From Ylistrum balloti (Eukaryota), in NCBI RefSeq assembly GCF_031769215.1, contig NW_026782523.1, positions 372,001-436,000 on the forward strand: 64,000 nt of DNA, written 5' to 3'. The notes under the pieces are model-generated. The model ran no database searches, was not told the origin of the DNA, and was given only the letters and a program-made list of their open reading frames with translations. Positions 1-14,369 of this stretch are shown piece by piece (position 1 is the stretch's first letter; the number at the start of each line of letters is the position of its first letter). The position numbers were made by a program, and so were the translations under genes.

Positions 1-99
1 AGCGTAATAGTGCTTCACAATCACATCCACTCATCGCATACTGTTTATAGGTGCATGAAGAACCACCACGATAACAATACAGATAAAAAACACGTGTTT

Positions 100-535
100 T
101 CTTCTGTAGCGCACTATTGTCGATTTTAAGTGTGACTATTTTTTTAACAGACTAAACCTTATCATTTCTAGCTGCTTTTACAGAATATTACATCGCAAAA
201 ACTGCTCTCAATCATTTCCTCTATCACGAGTCATATTGAAATCTTGGCTTCAGAAGCTGTTCCCACGGTAACCGATCCCGGACAATTACTGTCTTGTATG
301 GCTTTAAGTGAAGATAATTAAAGGAATTCATCCACTTGGCAACGTCATTAAACACCATGTTACAAATATACTGGCAAATATGGCTATAAATAACACAGAA
401 CTGTGTTATCTCCAGATCATCTTAATTCTGTGTAACGTTTCATTACAAAATGCATTATAAAAATCTCCAACGGCATCAACAGAACGTTGACGGAATCCAA
501 GACTTGTTTCAGAAATGATTTTTCTTTCTTGGAAT
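100..535 (-). mobile_element. Possible highly degraded non-LTR (LINE) reverse-transcriptase fragment
   Basis: Frameshifted minus-strand pieces QERKIISETSLGFRQRSVDAVGDFYNAF, KWMNSFNYLHLKPYKTVIV and KKTRVFY fall in the order expected for LINE RT motifs (Q-GFR--RS--D, D---AFD, W+-SFL, KT--+-F). Many stops; by-eye similarity only. Confidence 0.25.
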
Positions 536-3057
536 AAACAAAATAAATGTGAATAGAAACACCAGTCAACGTGGAGTATCCTTCACGTTGTTTATGTTAG
601 ATAAGAACAATGGCCAAAGCCACAAGCCGTCGATTTCACCCAAAGAAAAAATCTCAATTTGTTCTCAAGTATAAAATAAGTGAGATTTCAAATCCTTTCC
701 ATCAGAACACTCATCAGCAAAGTACAACGTTATCGATGTTTTTATTCAGTTCGTATGTAGGGACAAGTCTCTTTCGATAATGTCGCGTCACTGTTTGTTT
801 TCACATGTAGCTGGATTCAATGAATGTTTATCCCAGAAATGTTAGTTTTAGGCGTTTCCAAAATAAAACACGTTGCACTTAGATCTTCAGCAACAATGTC
901 AAAACATTAATTATATCCCTTTTATGGGATTAATGTATCTCCTCATTTATATTTTTATAATTCTCTCCATCAATTTTAATTTAACAATCGCCTCCTGGGT
1001 TTCAAAATTTAAGCCTTAGTATCATTGACGAGTCCTAGAATAACGAAACAGCTGTAGGATGCAGTTTTATTTGCTATTTGTTTCTGCTGTATTTTATCAA
1101 AAATTTGTATAGAAAAGAAAAGTGCTAATAACTTGTGTGTCTTTTTTCATGTTCAATTGCCAAACCATTTATGATAAACACAGCGTGGACAATAGTGTCG
1201 ATAACCAGGAGACAACGTGTACAGTTTGAAGGCGAATGAAATTTGTCTGTGCTTTGTTAAATTTTTAAAATTTATATTTTCTATAGATATCAAAAGTCCT
1301 GGTTTGGTTATGATGTACATTGTGTGTTAATATATCAGGGTTCGTCCATTGATCGCGTAGATAATGCAAAAATATTAAAACAATACAAATTGTTTTACAT
1401 TAATAATCTGTGTCAGTCGGTTTATCTTAGACAGTTATCAACACTAAGGGGCGATTCGGTCTTGTTTATGGCGTTTATAGTGAACTTGCTTGCGAATCTT
1501 TGTCCTTGCCATCTTTTTAGGTGCGATAACAAAACAGTTCAGTGCTTGTATAGATATACAATAAGTGTACATGTGACTAAATAAATTATGCATTACCGGC
1601 ATTTCGTCAACTTGGTAATGCAACACACACACAACCAGTCCGACAATGCATTGTTGTCGTTACTATGACAACGATACTAATGTCATAATGGTCACGCATG
1701 GTTTTATTTAAGGAACGTCTACTTCCTTCGGTTTGTATTACATTTTTATGCAACTAACTGCTGTTGTAAAGGTGTACAAATATATGAACCACTCATTGAC
1801 TTTTTCAATAAAGAAATGGCTTCCCAATGAAGGAGTACTTGTCAATGCTCGTAAGGCTGTGTGTCCATTCTCCTGCACATAATTTGCTGATAATAAGATT
1901 TTTCGTTTAACATCATAAGTATAGTATTTCAGGGAATTTGTTGTCAATATTACATAACTTCACGTTTAACTAGTTTCTTTCCGAAATATTTCTCTTTTAT
2001 CTGCTGGTGGAAAATGATCCTGAACAGCGGCACGTGATTAAGCGATGTACCGATGTTCTTACCAATAATCACGGAAAATGAATTTTGGATAAGAAATTGA
2101 CCAGTGACCACTTGGATCGATCGGCTATTCCTTGGAGACAAGTATACACAGATACCTTTATTGTTAGCAACTCATGTATAACTGATCTCTACAGTAGTAG
2201 GGTAATGGACTAACTCCTCTACAAGATCATTTCCCAAGTGCGAGTTCGAGGTCACTAAACATCAGTGGTTATAGCCGTAAAACGGCGGACCGAGGTCGCA
2301 CGTCAAACAGCGCCCTCTGGGAACGAGAAGTAGAAGGAGAAATGCCGATGTCCAGTAGCGTTAAAACGCGATTTCGTTGATGTCTACAGCTCAATATCAC
2401 GGATATATCGATAACCAGCGAGGCTTTCTTTTTGTGACCACTGTTAAAAAGGACAATGAATTATTATAACGTCGTCATGACAACCGCAAGTATGAACCAT
2501 GAATGTCGCAAACGTTTAATAAACTCCGAGTCGGTCGTGAGATTTATTTAGTTATTGGGCAAGGTTCCAGGAGACAAGATGATAGGTGTCTCCCTTGATA
2601 GCTGAGATAGGGTTTCAATGGAGTGTGGGTTCAGTTTTCCATTGAAATAAATGAATGTCCCCCCACTTCTACATATAGAAAAATCTTGAGGGAATTCATC
2701 ATTTATGAGTTATATTACATAGAGTTAAAATGCGAGTGAGAATGAAACGTTCAGTTGTTGCTATAATTCAAGACCAAAAAAGAAGACAATATCTAGAAGC
2801 AAAGGTGGACTGGAAAAATCCATAATTTGGTTTATCGCTTTTTATCGTTGAAATATAGGCGCACATCTAGGGTCAAACTATGAGACTGGAATATAGAAAT
2901 GTCAGATGCCGGTATCTTATTATGTTTTCTCAACAGTAACGGTACGAATATGTCAGATTTATACAATATTGAACGATATGAATTATGTAAAATACTGCAT
3001 TGTATCTTAACCCAGAGTAAAGATAATCAGATATAACTCCTTATAAACACAAGTTAA

Positions 3058-4500
3058 TACCTCTATAACACTGTGGTCGAGAGTACTGGGAAATCTTTAC
3101 TGTATACCTCTATAACACTGTGATCGGTAGTACTGGGAAATCTTTACGTTATACCTCTATAACACTGTGGTCGGGAGTACTGGGAAATCTTTACTGCATA
3201 CCTCTATAACACTGTGATCGGGAGTACTGGGAAATCTGTACTGTATACCTCTATAACACTGTGATCGGGAGTACTGGGAAATCTTTACTGTATACCTCTA
3301 TAACACTGTGGTCGGAGTACTGGGAAATCTGTACTGTATACCTCTATAACACTGTGATCGGGAGTACTGGGAAATCTGTACTGTATACCTCTATAACACT
3401 GTGATCGGGAGTACTGGGAAATCTTTACTGTATACCTCTATAACACTGTGGTCGGAGTACTGGGAAATCTTTACTGTATACCTCTATAACACTGTGATCG
3501 GGAGTACTGGGAAATCTGTACTGTATACCTCTATAACACTGTGATCGGGAGTACTGGGAAATCTGTACTGTATACCTCTATAACACTGTGATCGGTAGTA
3601 CTGGGAAATCTGTACTGTATACCTCTATAACACTGTGATCGGTAGTACTGGGAAATCTTTACTGTATACCTCTATAACACTGTGATCGGTAGTACTGGGA
3701 AATCTTTACTTTATACCTCTATAACACTGTGGTCGGAGTACTGGGGAATCTTTACTGTATACCTCTATAACACTGTGATCGGTAGTACTGGGAAATCTTT
3801 ACTTTATACCTCTATAACACTGTGATCGGTAGTACTGGGAAATCTTTACTGTATACCTCTATAACACTGTGATCGGTAGTACTGGGAAATCTGTACTGTA
3901 TACCTCTATAACACTGTGATCGGGAGTACTGGAAAATCTTTACTGTATACCTCTATAACACTGTGATCGGTAGTACTGGGAAATCTTTACTGTATACCTC
4001 TATAACACTGTGGTCGGGAGTACTGGGAAATCTGTACTGTATACCTCTATAACACTGTGATCGGGAGTACTGGGAAATCTGTACTGTATACCTCTATAAC
4101 ACTGTGGTCGGAGTACTGGGAAATCTTTACTGTATACCTCTATAACACTGTGATCGGTAGTACTGGGAAATCTTTACTGTATACCTCTATAACACTGTGA
4201 TCGGGAGTACTGGAAAATCTTTACTGTATACCTCTATAACACTGTGGTCGGTAGTACTGGGAAATCTTTACTGTATACCTCTATAACACTGTGGTCGGAG
4301 TACTGGGAAATCTTTACTGTATACCTCTATAACACTGTGGTCGGAGTACTGGGAAATCTTTACTGTATACCTCTATAACACTGTGGTCGGAGTACTGGGA
4401 AATCTTTACTGTATACCTCTATAACACTGTGGTCGGTAGTACTGGGAAATCTGTACTGTATACCTCTATAACACTGTGATCGGTAGTACTGGGAAATCTT
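3058..4500. repeat. Tandem minisatellite, 47-bp unit (46-bp variants), ~31 copies
   Basis: Unit TACCTCTATAACACTGTGATCGGGAGTACTGGGAAATCTTTACTGTA repeats directly. Variant sites are gat/ggt, ggga/gta/gga and ttta/tgta. Confidence 0.97.
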
Positions 4501-6714
4501 ATGTTAGCAACTATTTGGCTGTTTTCCCGAGTTTCGTTTGAAATTAATTCAATGTGTTAGTGAGAAAATGATAATATCCTCTTTTTATCCGGAATGAGCC
4601 CGATAAAGTACATTGTATACTACTCTTTAGCAGAACTTTACAACGCCAGTATTTAAATGACGCTCTTCATTGGTCCGTGAAAATGTCTCGACGATTTCCA
4701 TAGGTAGAAAATAACATGCAACGACGTTTTTTATTGGTTATCATTTAGTTATAATTTGACTAATGACAATGTATACAGACAACGATATAACTGTGTACAG
4801 TTATATATTGAGATTGAAAGCCTATTAATTCCTTGTTGGACATGAAAAAAAATCTTTTGTGATTTCTCGTGGAAAAGAAGCACAACGGAACAACATAAGC
4901 ACATCTAGGCCGACGAGCACTTTGCGCACAATACAATCAATGAAGTATGAATCGGGATAATTTAGAGATGTTTGACCTTGGATTTTATTACAGAAATTAT
5001 CATCTCCATTTTTTATAATTTACTGATCTGATGCTATATGAATCAACACTGTTTGTTTTAAATGTTAGATAGCTCATCCAAGCGAGTAGGATATCTTGTT
5101 GTGAAACAATTTGTAAATGAGAGAGACACGACAATTTTGAAAACAATGATTTTTATCATATAAACGGTGGTGTAACCATCACATTGTTCAAGTTATTGAT
5201 ATGACATGCGATTTTATAAAAAGAGTAAAAACAGGATGGAAAAAAATCATATTCTGATTTTGATGATTGTCATAGTGTTAGAGAGGGTCACATAACACTA
5301 CAGTGCACGCTGTCTAGGGAGTAATACTGTACACGAATGGCTTGTCTTCTATATAGTTCGGGTCATGCTGTTTAAAACGGAATGTTATACCGTCAATGTG
5401 TTTTCTTTGTTATACTTGTCTGAATTAAATGAAACATCTATTTAAAACAATTATGTAAAATCTGTATATTTTCACAAATATCGACATGAACTATATTTCA
5501 GTTTTAATATCAATTTAACAGAAACACATTTGCATATATTAGAGTAAACAGTACATATATCAGTACAAAAACAAACAAACATACATGTGAATATACCTCC
5601 CCATATCTCAAAATATCACACACATAAAACTATCTTATACAATTTAGCAGCTTTGCCCACGTTTAATGTGAACAGGTTTTATGTTTTGAACAAGGCATCT
5701 ACAAAATCTTCGATAACAATCCTTTGTATGATCGGGGTTTGTCTGCTGATGTCTATCTCAGTGAAATATATGCATGTACCTATGGAAACGTGACGCACAG
5801 TGAATAGTATGTCACGTGGTGTCTGCAGATGTTTTTCAAATTGATCACCATCCTTTCCTAGATTTTATTTTTGTTGACCTATAGTAAAAAAGTTAACATC
5901 TGAATACATCTTTTTATTACTTAGAACCTTGTTAAACTAGAATACCTAATGTTAGATATGTTTATTACGTTTCCCTAGAAAGTCAACAGTAACTTTAGCA
6001 TTAACAGTGAATATACAGTTACCGATATAACTTTGCTTCGTTTCTACATGTTCCAAAACCAATAGAATTTGATAGAGATACGAATAAAAAATAACCTTCT
6101 GAATTATTTCCATGTCTGATCGAGGATAGGGACTAAACAGTATCCTAGCATTATCCTCCAATCGAACAAATTTCTTTTCAAAAATGTCTTTTTTTGCACT
6201 TTGAACCATTAAATCACCCCTTCAGGAGTAAGAACGTTAAATTATCCCTTCTGGAATACGAACACCAAAACAGTCGTCAGGAATCGGAACATCAAATGAT
6301 TCCTCTAGGTGTACGAACATCAAATTAGTAGTCGGGAATCAGAACATCAATTCACCATGTATATAGGCATGTCAACTCCCCAAAATACTAAGTAAATGAT
6401 ATTCACAATGAAATTCCAATTGCTTGAATCGCAAGAGCGTTCATGAGAGAATACCAATGTGTCCACAAAATCATATCCCAAACTCGAATCAAATAAAAAT
6501 AGGGCAAGCTTCGAAGAAAGTGAACAAAAGAAAGATTTACACGGGGATTCTAGCAAAGTATAAGGAGAATAAGAGTAAGCGTCATCTACTTCACAGACGG
6601 CACTCGTCAGGTAAATCTCGGCCAATCCTAGTAAGTAAAGCAATGTATAGACTTCCAAATGACAACATGATAAAAACAGCCACTGAACCAAAAGATATAG
6701 TAATGAGCATCATA

Positions 6715-7100
6715 AACGTCTATCTTTATATCGCATAAAGAAGTAGAATATTTCCCCATGGTATCATTTTTACTACAGTAAACCTTGTCATTTCCATCAC
6801 CGACATCTCTGTCTGTTGCCGACATCTTGCATGACACGCGTGATATTGAAATGAAAACAAATCCCTTTAAACGAATCAACTGCGACATGTTAACACCACA
6901 GGTTGGGGATGCGGGGATGTTGCTCTCAAGAAATATCAAATTTATCACAGGGAAACGGAAATCATCACTCGTATTATACAGCTGGGTAAAAAATTATACC
7001 CCTGTTGATTTTGTTATTGGAAATGATCGAGGAAAGCGGTTGATGTAAAAGAAGAGTTTGTCGTGTCCTTCATGTCCAATTTAAGTGTTATGTATGATGG
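6715..7100 (-). mobile_element. Penelope-like retroelement (PLE) RT C-terminal remnant
   Basis: Minus strand reads LDMKDTTNSSFTSTAFLD, then after a frameshift TQLYNTSDDFRFPVINLIFLESNIPASPTCGVNMSQLIRL...KYSTSL. This matches the recalled PLE consensus KDTT-S----S+LD...T-LYDKRDDF-F-IVNFPFL-SNIP-SPAYGVY+SQL+RY. Confidence 0.7.
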
Positions 7101-8479
7101 AAAGAGTCAATATTTGTTTTTGTTCTTTAAAGATATCTGAAAGTATAATTGAAGAACTTCGCAATTTTGATAACATCTTCGATGAATTCAGCGTCGCATG
7201 AAAACAAAACCATGTCAGCCAAGGGAGGGACGGTTTGTTACGATATGTATTCAAAAAGTCAGCCAGGAATTTCTTTGTCTGTATATTTCTTATTAAAATG
7301 TACGCTTCAGTATATTCACAACCACATACCTGTGCTGCCGTTCATATTTCTTTGACCGTGTATATGATGTATAACGGGAAACCATTAAATTTTCGTTTTA
7401 TTACATTTTAAACACAAAAATAGGAAAAAGCCGTTTAGATAGTGTGACGTCACAGTTGACAATATGATGATGTAATTTTTGAACGGTCTGTTTTACGTTG
7501 TATTCTACCTTTTAATCTGAGATTCGTTTACAAAACTGTTATAGATGTACACACGAATCATACGATTGAATTTAAACTTATTCAATCTTCGCTTCATTTG
7601 CGTCCAAACAAATTTACGGAAGTTATATCATCACTGGAGAAGTGTTCGACCATCGCTGCAGTTTTTTTTATCCAATTGATAAATTTCCATATTTCACTGG
7701 TAAAATGTTATGACATCTAGTCACAGTATATCTACATCGTTTCTATTGATCAGATTTGAAAAAAAAATGTCTGACACTGGTTGCATAGACAATATATGAT
7801 ATGTCAGTTTACAAAAGGTCAGAATTAACTCGCTCCGTTGGATATATGAATGTATGGCTAGTAGCCAAGTAGAATCGCCTCAATTCAATATGAAATATGA
7901 CTCTATCAGACATTCTTCAATTGTATCTGTCAGTGACGCGACAGGTGTAAAATGTCAAGTTTACCCCAGGAGGGCAGAAAAGGGTAAAACGTTAAGGAAG
8001 AAAATTGGTGACATGATATACAATCTCACAAAGATTTATTACTTCTGATAATGGTAAACATTTCACAGTGACTGTTGTTGTCTCAGACTGTGTAGACATT
8101 GGGAATGCGATACGTGACTAAGAGTAATTACAGAAGAGCACCAAAGACATATTTATATTCCGGACCTTGAAACTAATATTTGTAGCAGGGATAAAAAAAC
8201 TGCTCTAGGCCAAATCTCTCAATAAGGTACACTCTTCAAATTCGGGTCCAATATAAGTTTTTAGGAATCTGGAAATGAAAATATCAAAATTTGTTCGGAA
8301 CAATACTTAAAGAGTCATAATGTAATGATAAAAGTCACAGACAATATTCTACCTGTTTATAAAGCAGAACATTTAAAGAAAATGCTGTCTTGCTTTTATT
8401 CTCTAGGGAACAGACAGGGTGGAGTGTAGACAGGGTGAGAAGGTGAGGAGGAGTATGGATAGAGATGGGTCTGACAGAA

Positions 8480-9010
8480 GTACCACAGTCTGCGACTAAC
8501 TCTATTACTTGACGAACAAAATGCGTTAAACAGCTTTGTTGGAGAGAGACAAAAGGATATCCGAAAACGACGTTATTGTCCTTGGGCAATAGTCGGTCTG
8601 GTAAACTTCGACCGTCGGAGATAAGATGGCAGAACTGGTACAGGTACCATCATATTCTGTCCTTCTATCTTCACCCTTATAATGATAACTTGGTTTGGCT
8701 CATTTACAATTAACTCGTCCCTGTCATTATCTCATATATAGCCGCTCAGCATGACTTTTCATCGCCCCTTGTGAACGATTTATACTCGGTGTTGTTGAGA
8801 GCTCGACCTTGAGTTTATCGTGAGAACGATCTACAGATATGCTTTACTATGTCTCGCACAAGTAAATACTTTCAACGCAATGTGTACGTCCTTGGATAGG
8901 GTGATTATATGTAACCGACAATCAAATCAGCTATGGAGAGATATTGACGGTTCAATACCATATCAAGGCGAAGACACTGATCTATGGTTTCTAACAAAAA
9001 TTCTCCAAGT
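8480..9010 (-). mobile_element. Degraded LINE (L2/CR1/RTE-like) ORF2 3' remnant
   Basis: Frameshifted pieces LETIDQC, SKDVHIALKVFTCAR, QQHRV*IVHKGR*KVMLSGY and VYQTDYCPRTI resemble, in order, the LINE RT C-terminal motifs (LE-VQRRAARFV, Y--SFFPRTI). Confidence 0.3.
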
Positions 9011-12000
9011 TGTCATTCTGTAGGTAGGACCCCGCTTTCTCAAACATTGAAATGCCGATGTAAACCCGTCAGTGTTTTCAATTTTATTCGACATTTCGGT
9101 ATTACATGATTCCGGTGTCGATTCATGTCATGTCGGTAAAGATATATTGCTGAATGTCTATCTGATGGTCCACACCAGTTGTCATACCATCCACCTCAAG
9201 ACCTATATAACTTAACATTTATTTTACCTTTATTGTACCTGGTCGATTTTAACTGGCTGAGCTGGAATTGAATTCTGACATTATTTCTTCCCTCAATCTG
9301 CTATAGTCAGTTTCGATTCTGTTTATTGTATGTTGCACGTCACATGTTGTTACCTGGACGTAAATTAAAACGAATCTAAAGGTGTACATGTTATGATACA
9401 AATGTACATCTTCCTGCATCGACAAGTACATATTAACACTAATTACTGCCCTGAGATATCACAGTCTAAACCGGAAATGAAACATCGTTAATCGTACCTG
9501 AAACCGGAAGTTTAGTGCAATTATCACTGCCAATGAACTGAATTGCTGTCTTTCTCCCTTTATTTCTATTAAACAGTTGTTGTATAAGTACGAAAACATG
9601 ATTTTCAGGAGAGAAGCAGGAAATTGAAAATGAGCATTTTGAAAAATAACGGTGAAATATAATAAGTCTGACCATACTATCTCGTTTTCGAACTTCAATG
9701 AGTTTTCAAGTTAGGATTCAAAGTAGGATGCATTTTGTATTTGAATTGTTTCAGGCTAAGTGTCATTTACCTTGTTTTTGTGTACATTAGAAATTATCCT
9801 TCAAGGTTATGAAAATTTGAAAAAAAGTATGAATATTGATTTTGCACTATGAACATCGATTTTAACTTCACGGCAGCTTATATAATACATTTTATATAAG
9901 TGTACATATATGAATATCTAGCTTTGTAAAACTAATGCCGTTTGATCAGGCCAGGCACCATTCCCTGCTCCTGGATAACATGAAGCAGTAATTAGGTCTG
10001 GTGCCATGATGCCGTTTGAGTTTGTCGAGATATGGAGTCAGGATAAGTATCCTTCCCGCTCGGTGAAGCTATCGAGTCGAGATAAATGTTTCATTTCGAT
10101 GCAATCTAATTAGCACGTGATCTAACAACTGTATTCCTGTTTGCACCAAAGCCATCCCAAGGGCATTCAATGATAACGATAAATCTTTAATCTCCATGTC
10201 AGATTCAAAAAGTCAAACCATCAGATGGTTTCCGTCAATTTGCACGTAATAAACATGATGGAGAGTACCCAATATAAGACATTAACCCGTAATGTCATAA
10301 AAACCACGAGATCAAATTCAATGCACATTAAAGTAAAAGTAATTTTTACGTTACTCATGATGAACATTCCATTTTTTACAAATCGTTTGCAGTGACTCTG
10401 ATGAAATCAACATGTCTTGTCCATCTACCACTGATGAAAAAAAAAGAAATGTTGTGAATGGAAATAGCTGCCCTCAAACGAACGAAATACAGTACATTCG
10501 TATGCATTTTTGATCGCGTGGTTGTCGCTTAATTCAGTGACTTTACTTCTGAAATATTTATGGACATAAACAATATACATGTACAATGTAATATAGGTAT
10601 TGTGACGTCAGGACTAAATAACGAAATGACGTCATGCATTCGGAGATCAATAAAGTAGACCAATATCTGCCAGAGTTGTCGTTCTTTAACAGTCACTAAC
10701 ACCTCCGTGGACGTCGTGCAAAACTATGACGGCTTCGCTGACAACAACAGCGAAGGACACAGCTGTATACTGTTTTAAATGCTATTGGTCAGTGTAAAAA
10801 AGGAGGTTATTTGCCAATATCGTAGTCAAATAAATTTATCACTAATATCATAAAGCTTATGAACAAGTCTCGCGAGAGTAAGTACAAAATGTAAATAAGA
10901 CGGTTGGTGACTGTTTACTTAAAATAATCTTCCACGATACAATCCGCAAAGTTTATAACCATATAAACGAATGTAATCATTTTCCAGATAATCAAACATC
11001 TATTTTCAAAATAATGATATAAATAATAATTCAGATAAATAATGAAATGCTATATTTTTGACACAAATAAGCTTTACAAAAATCTTGAAATTGCGAGAGA
11101 CGTTTACAGAGGAATTAGTGGGGTATGGCAATGCACTTTATGAGAAACTGAGAGTTGAGAGGGCTTAAAATTAAACATTAACAAGTATGTGATTGATAAT
11201 ATTAGAAAAAAATCTAATATTCATTTGCATGTCACGGGATTTGTAAAACTTCATTTTATAAAGCCAAAGATTCGCTCTAATGAAAATAGAAATGATAAAA
11301 TCGTTTTTTTAATTGCATATGAAATAGAAATCCCTACACTGAGCATTTTATGTTGGTAGATGTATATTTACATATTTAGATGTCATTGAAACAGACACAA
11401 AGACACGGAAAACGTGTTTCTATCATCCAACCTGTGAATTTTTGTTTTGTATCCTCGGGAGAATTTTAGACATACAGGGTCAGAAAGACAAACTACATGT
11501 ATTAATTATCCTGCCGTATGACAGCGAACATTTCCCGGCTACATATATTACATTGCGTTTCCATGTTATCGCGTGTCGGATTCGGCCCCTAGAGACAATT
11601 TGTATTACTGTCCATGTGCAGGTTCAGCCCAAACAAATGATCCTAATAACACAACAGCCCGGTATTTCCTTCCCTTTTCAGCGTTTTCGCTTATTAAATC
11701 GATTTGATTGCCACCTTGGAGATATGGATATATCTGTCCAGACCATGCAAAATGAAAGCAAGTTGCACGAGCTCCACCGGAAACGGAAGGGTGGCACAGT
11801 TGTTTATCAATACAGACAAGTTAATGTGCTTGTGAAAAAATTCGTAATAAGAGAAAAATAATACACTCTTGGCATGTAATTGTCTACTTAGTTATAGAAT
11901 TTCATCAATTATATCCCACGCATCTTTATTTGGATTACAATTATACATATAAAAATATATGTTTCCCTTTGAAACTTCAATTTTAGGTTATGAAAAGTTG

Positions 12001-12306
12001 GGGAAAGTCGATAAGACATAGAAAACGGATACGTTATATCAATACCAGGTACATAATTTCATATGTAGTCCCTAGTTACTACATAATGTAAAGAAAATGA
12101 GATCTTATTTATGTAATTCAACAGTAATACAAGTCTTCAAGTTAACACAGCAACTCAAACCTGTCATAGATGAATTCGTTGAGTAGTACACAGATTTAGA
12201 TATACAGCTTCCTTAAGCACATTACACAGCCCATAATTACTGTGGTGTAGACATAATAGCAGAAAAATACAGCATACACAATCTCTACATCATATCGTCT
12301 GATTGC

Positions 12307-12553
12307 GGCCGACTAATAAAGTATATCTGTTCGGCCGACTAATAAATTATGTCCGTTCGGCCGACTAATAAAGCATGTCTGTTCGGCCGACTTATAACGT
12401 ATGTCTGTTCGACCGACTAATAAAGTATGCCTGTCCGGCCGACTAATAAAGTATGTCTGTTCGGCCGACTAATAAAGTATGTCTGTTCGGCCGACTAATA
12501 AAGTATGCCTGTCCGGCCGACTAATAAGTATGTCTGTTCGGCCGACTAATAAC
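12307..12553. repeat. Tandem minisatellite, 26-bp unit, ~9.5 copies
   Basis: Unit GGCCGACTAATAAAGTATGTCTGTTC; period 26 checked (12437 to 12463). Confidence 0.95.
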
Positions 12554-12646
12554 GTACATCAGCGTTTTCACACACCATAAGACAATTAACAGCATTTCTA
12601 TTCATGGTCAAATCGCGTGAAACAGTTCAACATAACATGTATTCAT

Positions 12647-13640
12647 AGCTAAGACGCCAGGAAACATAACAGGTGTTTAAACTAAGACGCCTAGAAATAT
12701 GACATGTGTTTACAGCTAAGAAGCCTGGAAACATGACAGATGTTTATAACTAGGACGCAAGGAAACATGACAGGTGTTTATAACTAAGACGCCTAGAAAT
12801 ATTACAGGTGTTTATAGCTAAAACGACAGGAAACATGACAGGTGTGTATAGCTAAGACACCAGGAAACATGACAGGTGTTTTTAACTAAAACGCCTAGAA
12901 ACATGACATATGTTTATAACTAAGATGCCAGGAAATATAACAGATGTTTATAGCTAAGACGCCTAGAAATATTACAGGTGTTTATAGCTAAAACGACAGG
13001 AAACATGACAGGTGTGTGTAGCTAAGACACCAGGAAACATGACAGGTGTTTTTAACTAAGACGCCTAGAAACATGACATATGTTTATAACTAAGAAGTCA
13101 GGAAATATGACAGATGTTTATAGCTAAGACGCCTAGAAATATTACAGGTCTTAATAGCTAAGACGCCAAGAAACATGACAGGTGATTATAGCTAAGACTC
13201 CAGGAAACATGACAGGTGTTTTTAACTAAGACGCCTAGATATACTACAGGTGTTTATAGCTAAAACGACAGGAAACATAACAGGTGTTCATAGCTAAGAC
13301 GCCAGGAAACATGACAAGTGTTTATAGCTAAGACGCCAGGAAACATGACAAGTGTTTATAGCTAAGACGCCTAGATATATGACAGGTGTTTATAGCTAAG
13401 ACGCCAGGAAACATGACAGGTCTTAATAGCTAAGACGCGAAGGAAACATGACATATGTTTATAGCGAAGACGCCTAGATATATGACAGGTCTTAATAGCT
13501 AAGACGCGAAGGAAACATGACAAGTGTTTATAGCTAAGACGCCTAGATATATGACAGGTCTTAATAGCTAAGACGCGAAGGAAACATTACAGGTAATTAT
13601 AGCTAAAACGCTAGGATAAACGACAGGTTTTTATAGCTAC
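12647..13640. repeat. Tandem minisatellite, 34-bp unit, ~29 copies
   Basis: Unit AGCTAAGACGCCAGGAAACATGACAGGTGTTTAT; period 34 checked (13327 to 13361). Confidence 0.95.
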
Positions 13641-13973
13641 GACTTGAATCTCCAGTTTGTTAATGGACTGTCCCTTTTACATCCTCTCCATCAATGAGTA
13701 GATAATGAATAAAAAAAGTACAAGAAAACAAAACAACGTCAGTGAACTCTTATAGAAAATCTCATTACTTTTTTTAATATTTGAACAAATCATCAATTTT
13801 TATATTGGATAGTAAACAATTCGCTCCTTAGGCTCCGTAGTTGGCGTTCCCTCTCATACGTAGACCATCCATCTATTAACAATCTTCTCTAACATATAAA
13901 TATGTAATCATATTCGGGAAGAAATTGATTGGTGACCACGTCATGTTCCTTGTACCAGCTGGTCTTGACTTAC

Positions 13974-14031
13974 CTATATTGAATTAACCAATCCATCGGT
14001 AGCCGCTAGCACTTGTGAACCATTACAAACA
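13974..14031 (-). other. Candidate 58-nt spliced exon (non-coding, or terminal coding)
   Basis: Minus strand has acceptor tcttcatcttttcag| and donor AG|gtaagt, both near consensus. The only frame open across the exon reads VCNGSQVLAATDGLVNSI and ends in TAG at the junction. Confidence 0.3.
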
Positions 14032-14369
14032 CTGAAAAGATGAAGACTAATGTCAAATTTATGACATTAGTTTCGTCTTATTAAATTGGTTCAGTTAGTT
14101 TAGGTATACACAGTTTCATGTTTCCAAGAAACACGTAACACGTAACACGTTTCGTTGAGGTTATGGTCAAAAGTTTCCTATCGCGATTGACACAGCTTAT
14201 CAACAACCTAAGGAAATATTGTGACGAAACATGTATCTAAGTCCGTGGTTTCACCATAAAAATCTCAAAGCTTGGAACTTGTGACTTATAAACGATACTT
14301 GTATCGTTTTACATACACCATTTAGTTTTAAAGGCATCTAACATTTTGCACGTGATGAGTGTGTAAACT

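Noticed and set aside
1440-1900. Penelope GIY-YIG endonuclease relic (EGSRRSLNKTMRDH; MPVMHNLFSH...RTKIRKQ)
   Set aside because: The similarity is too weak and fragmented to list as a feature without BLASTx.
8407-8445. Plus-strand mini-exon EQTGWSVDRVR resembling a homeodomain or ceramide-synthase fragment
   Set aside because: No partner exons were found, and the region is better explained as the 3' end of a degraded minus-strand LINE.
11442-11861. 139-aa ORF, plus the other 60-130 aa ORFs not discussed
   Set aside because: Non-ATG or weak starts, random-like composition, and no domain or splice support.
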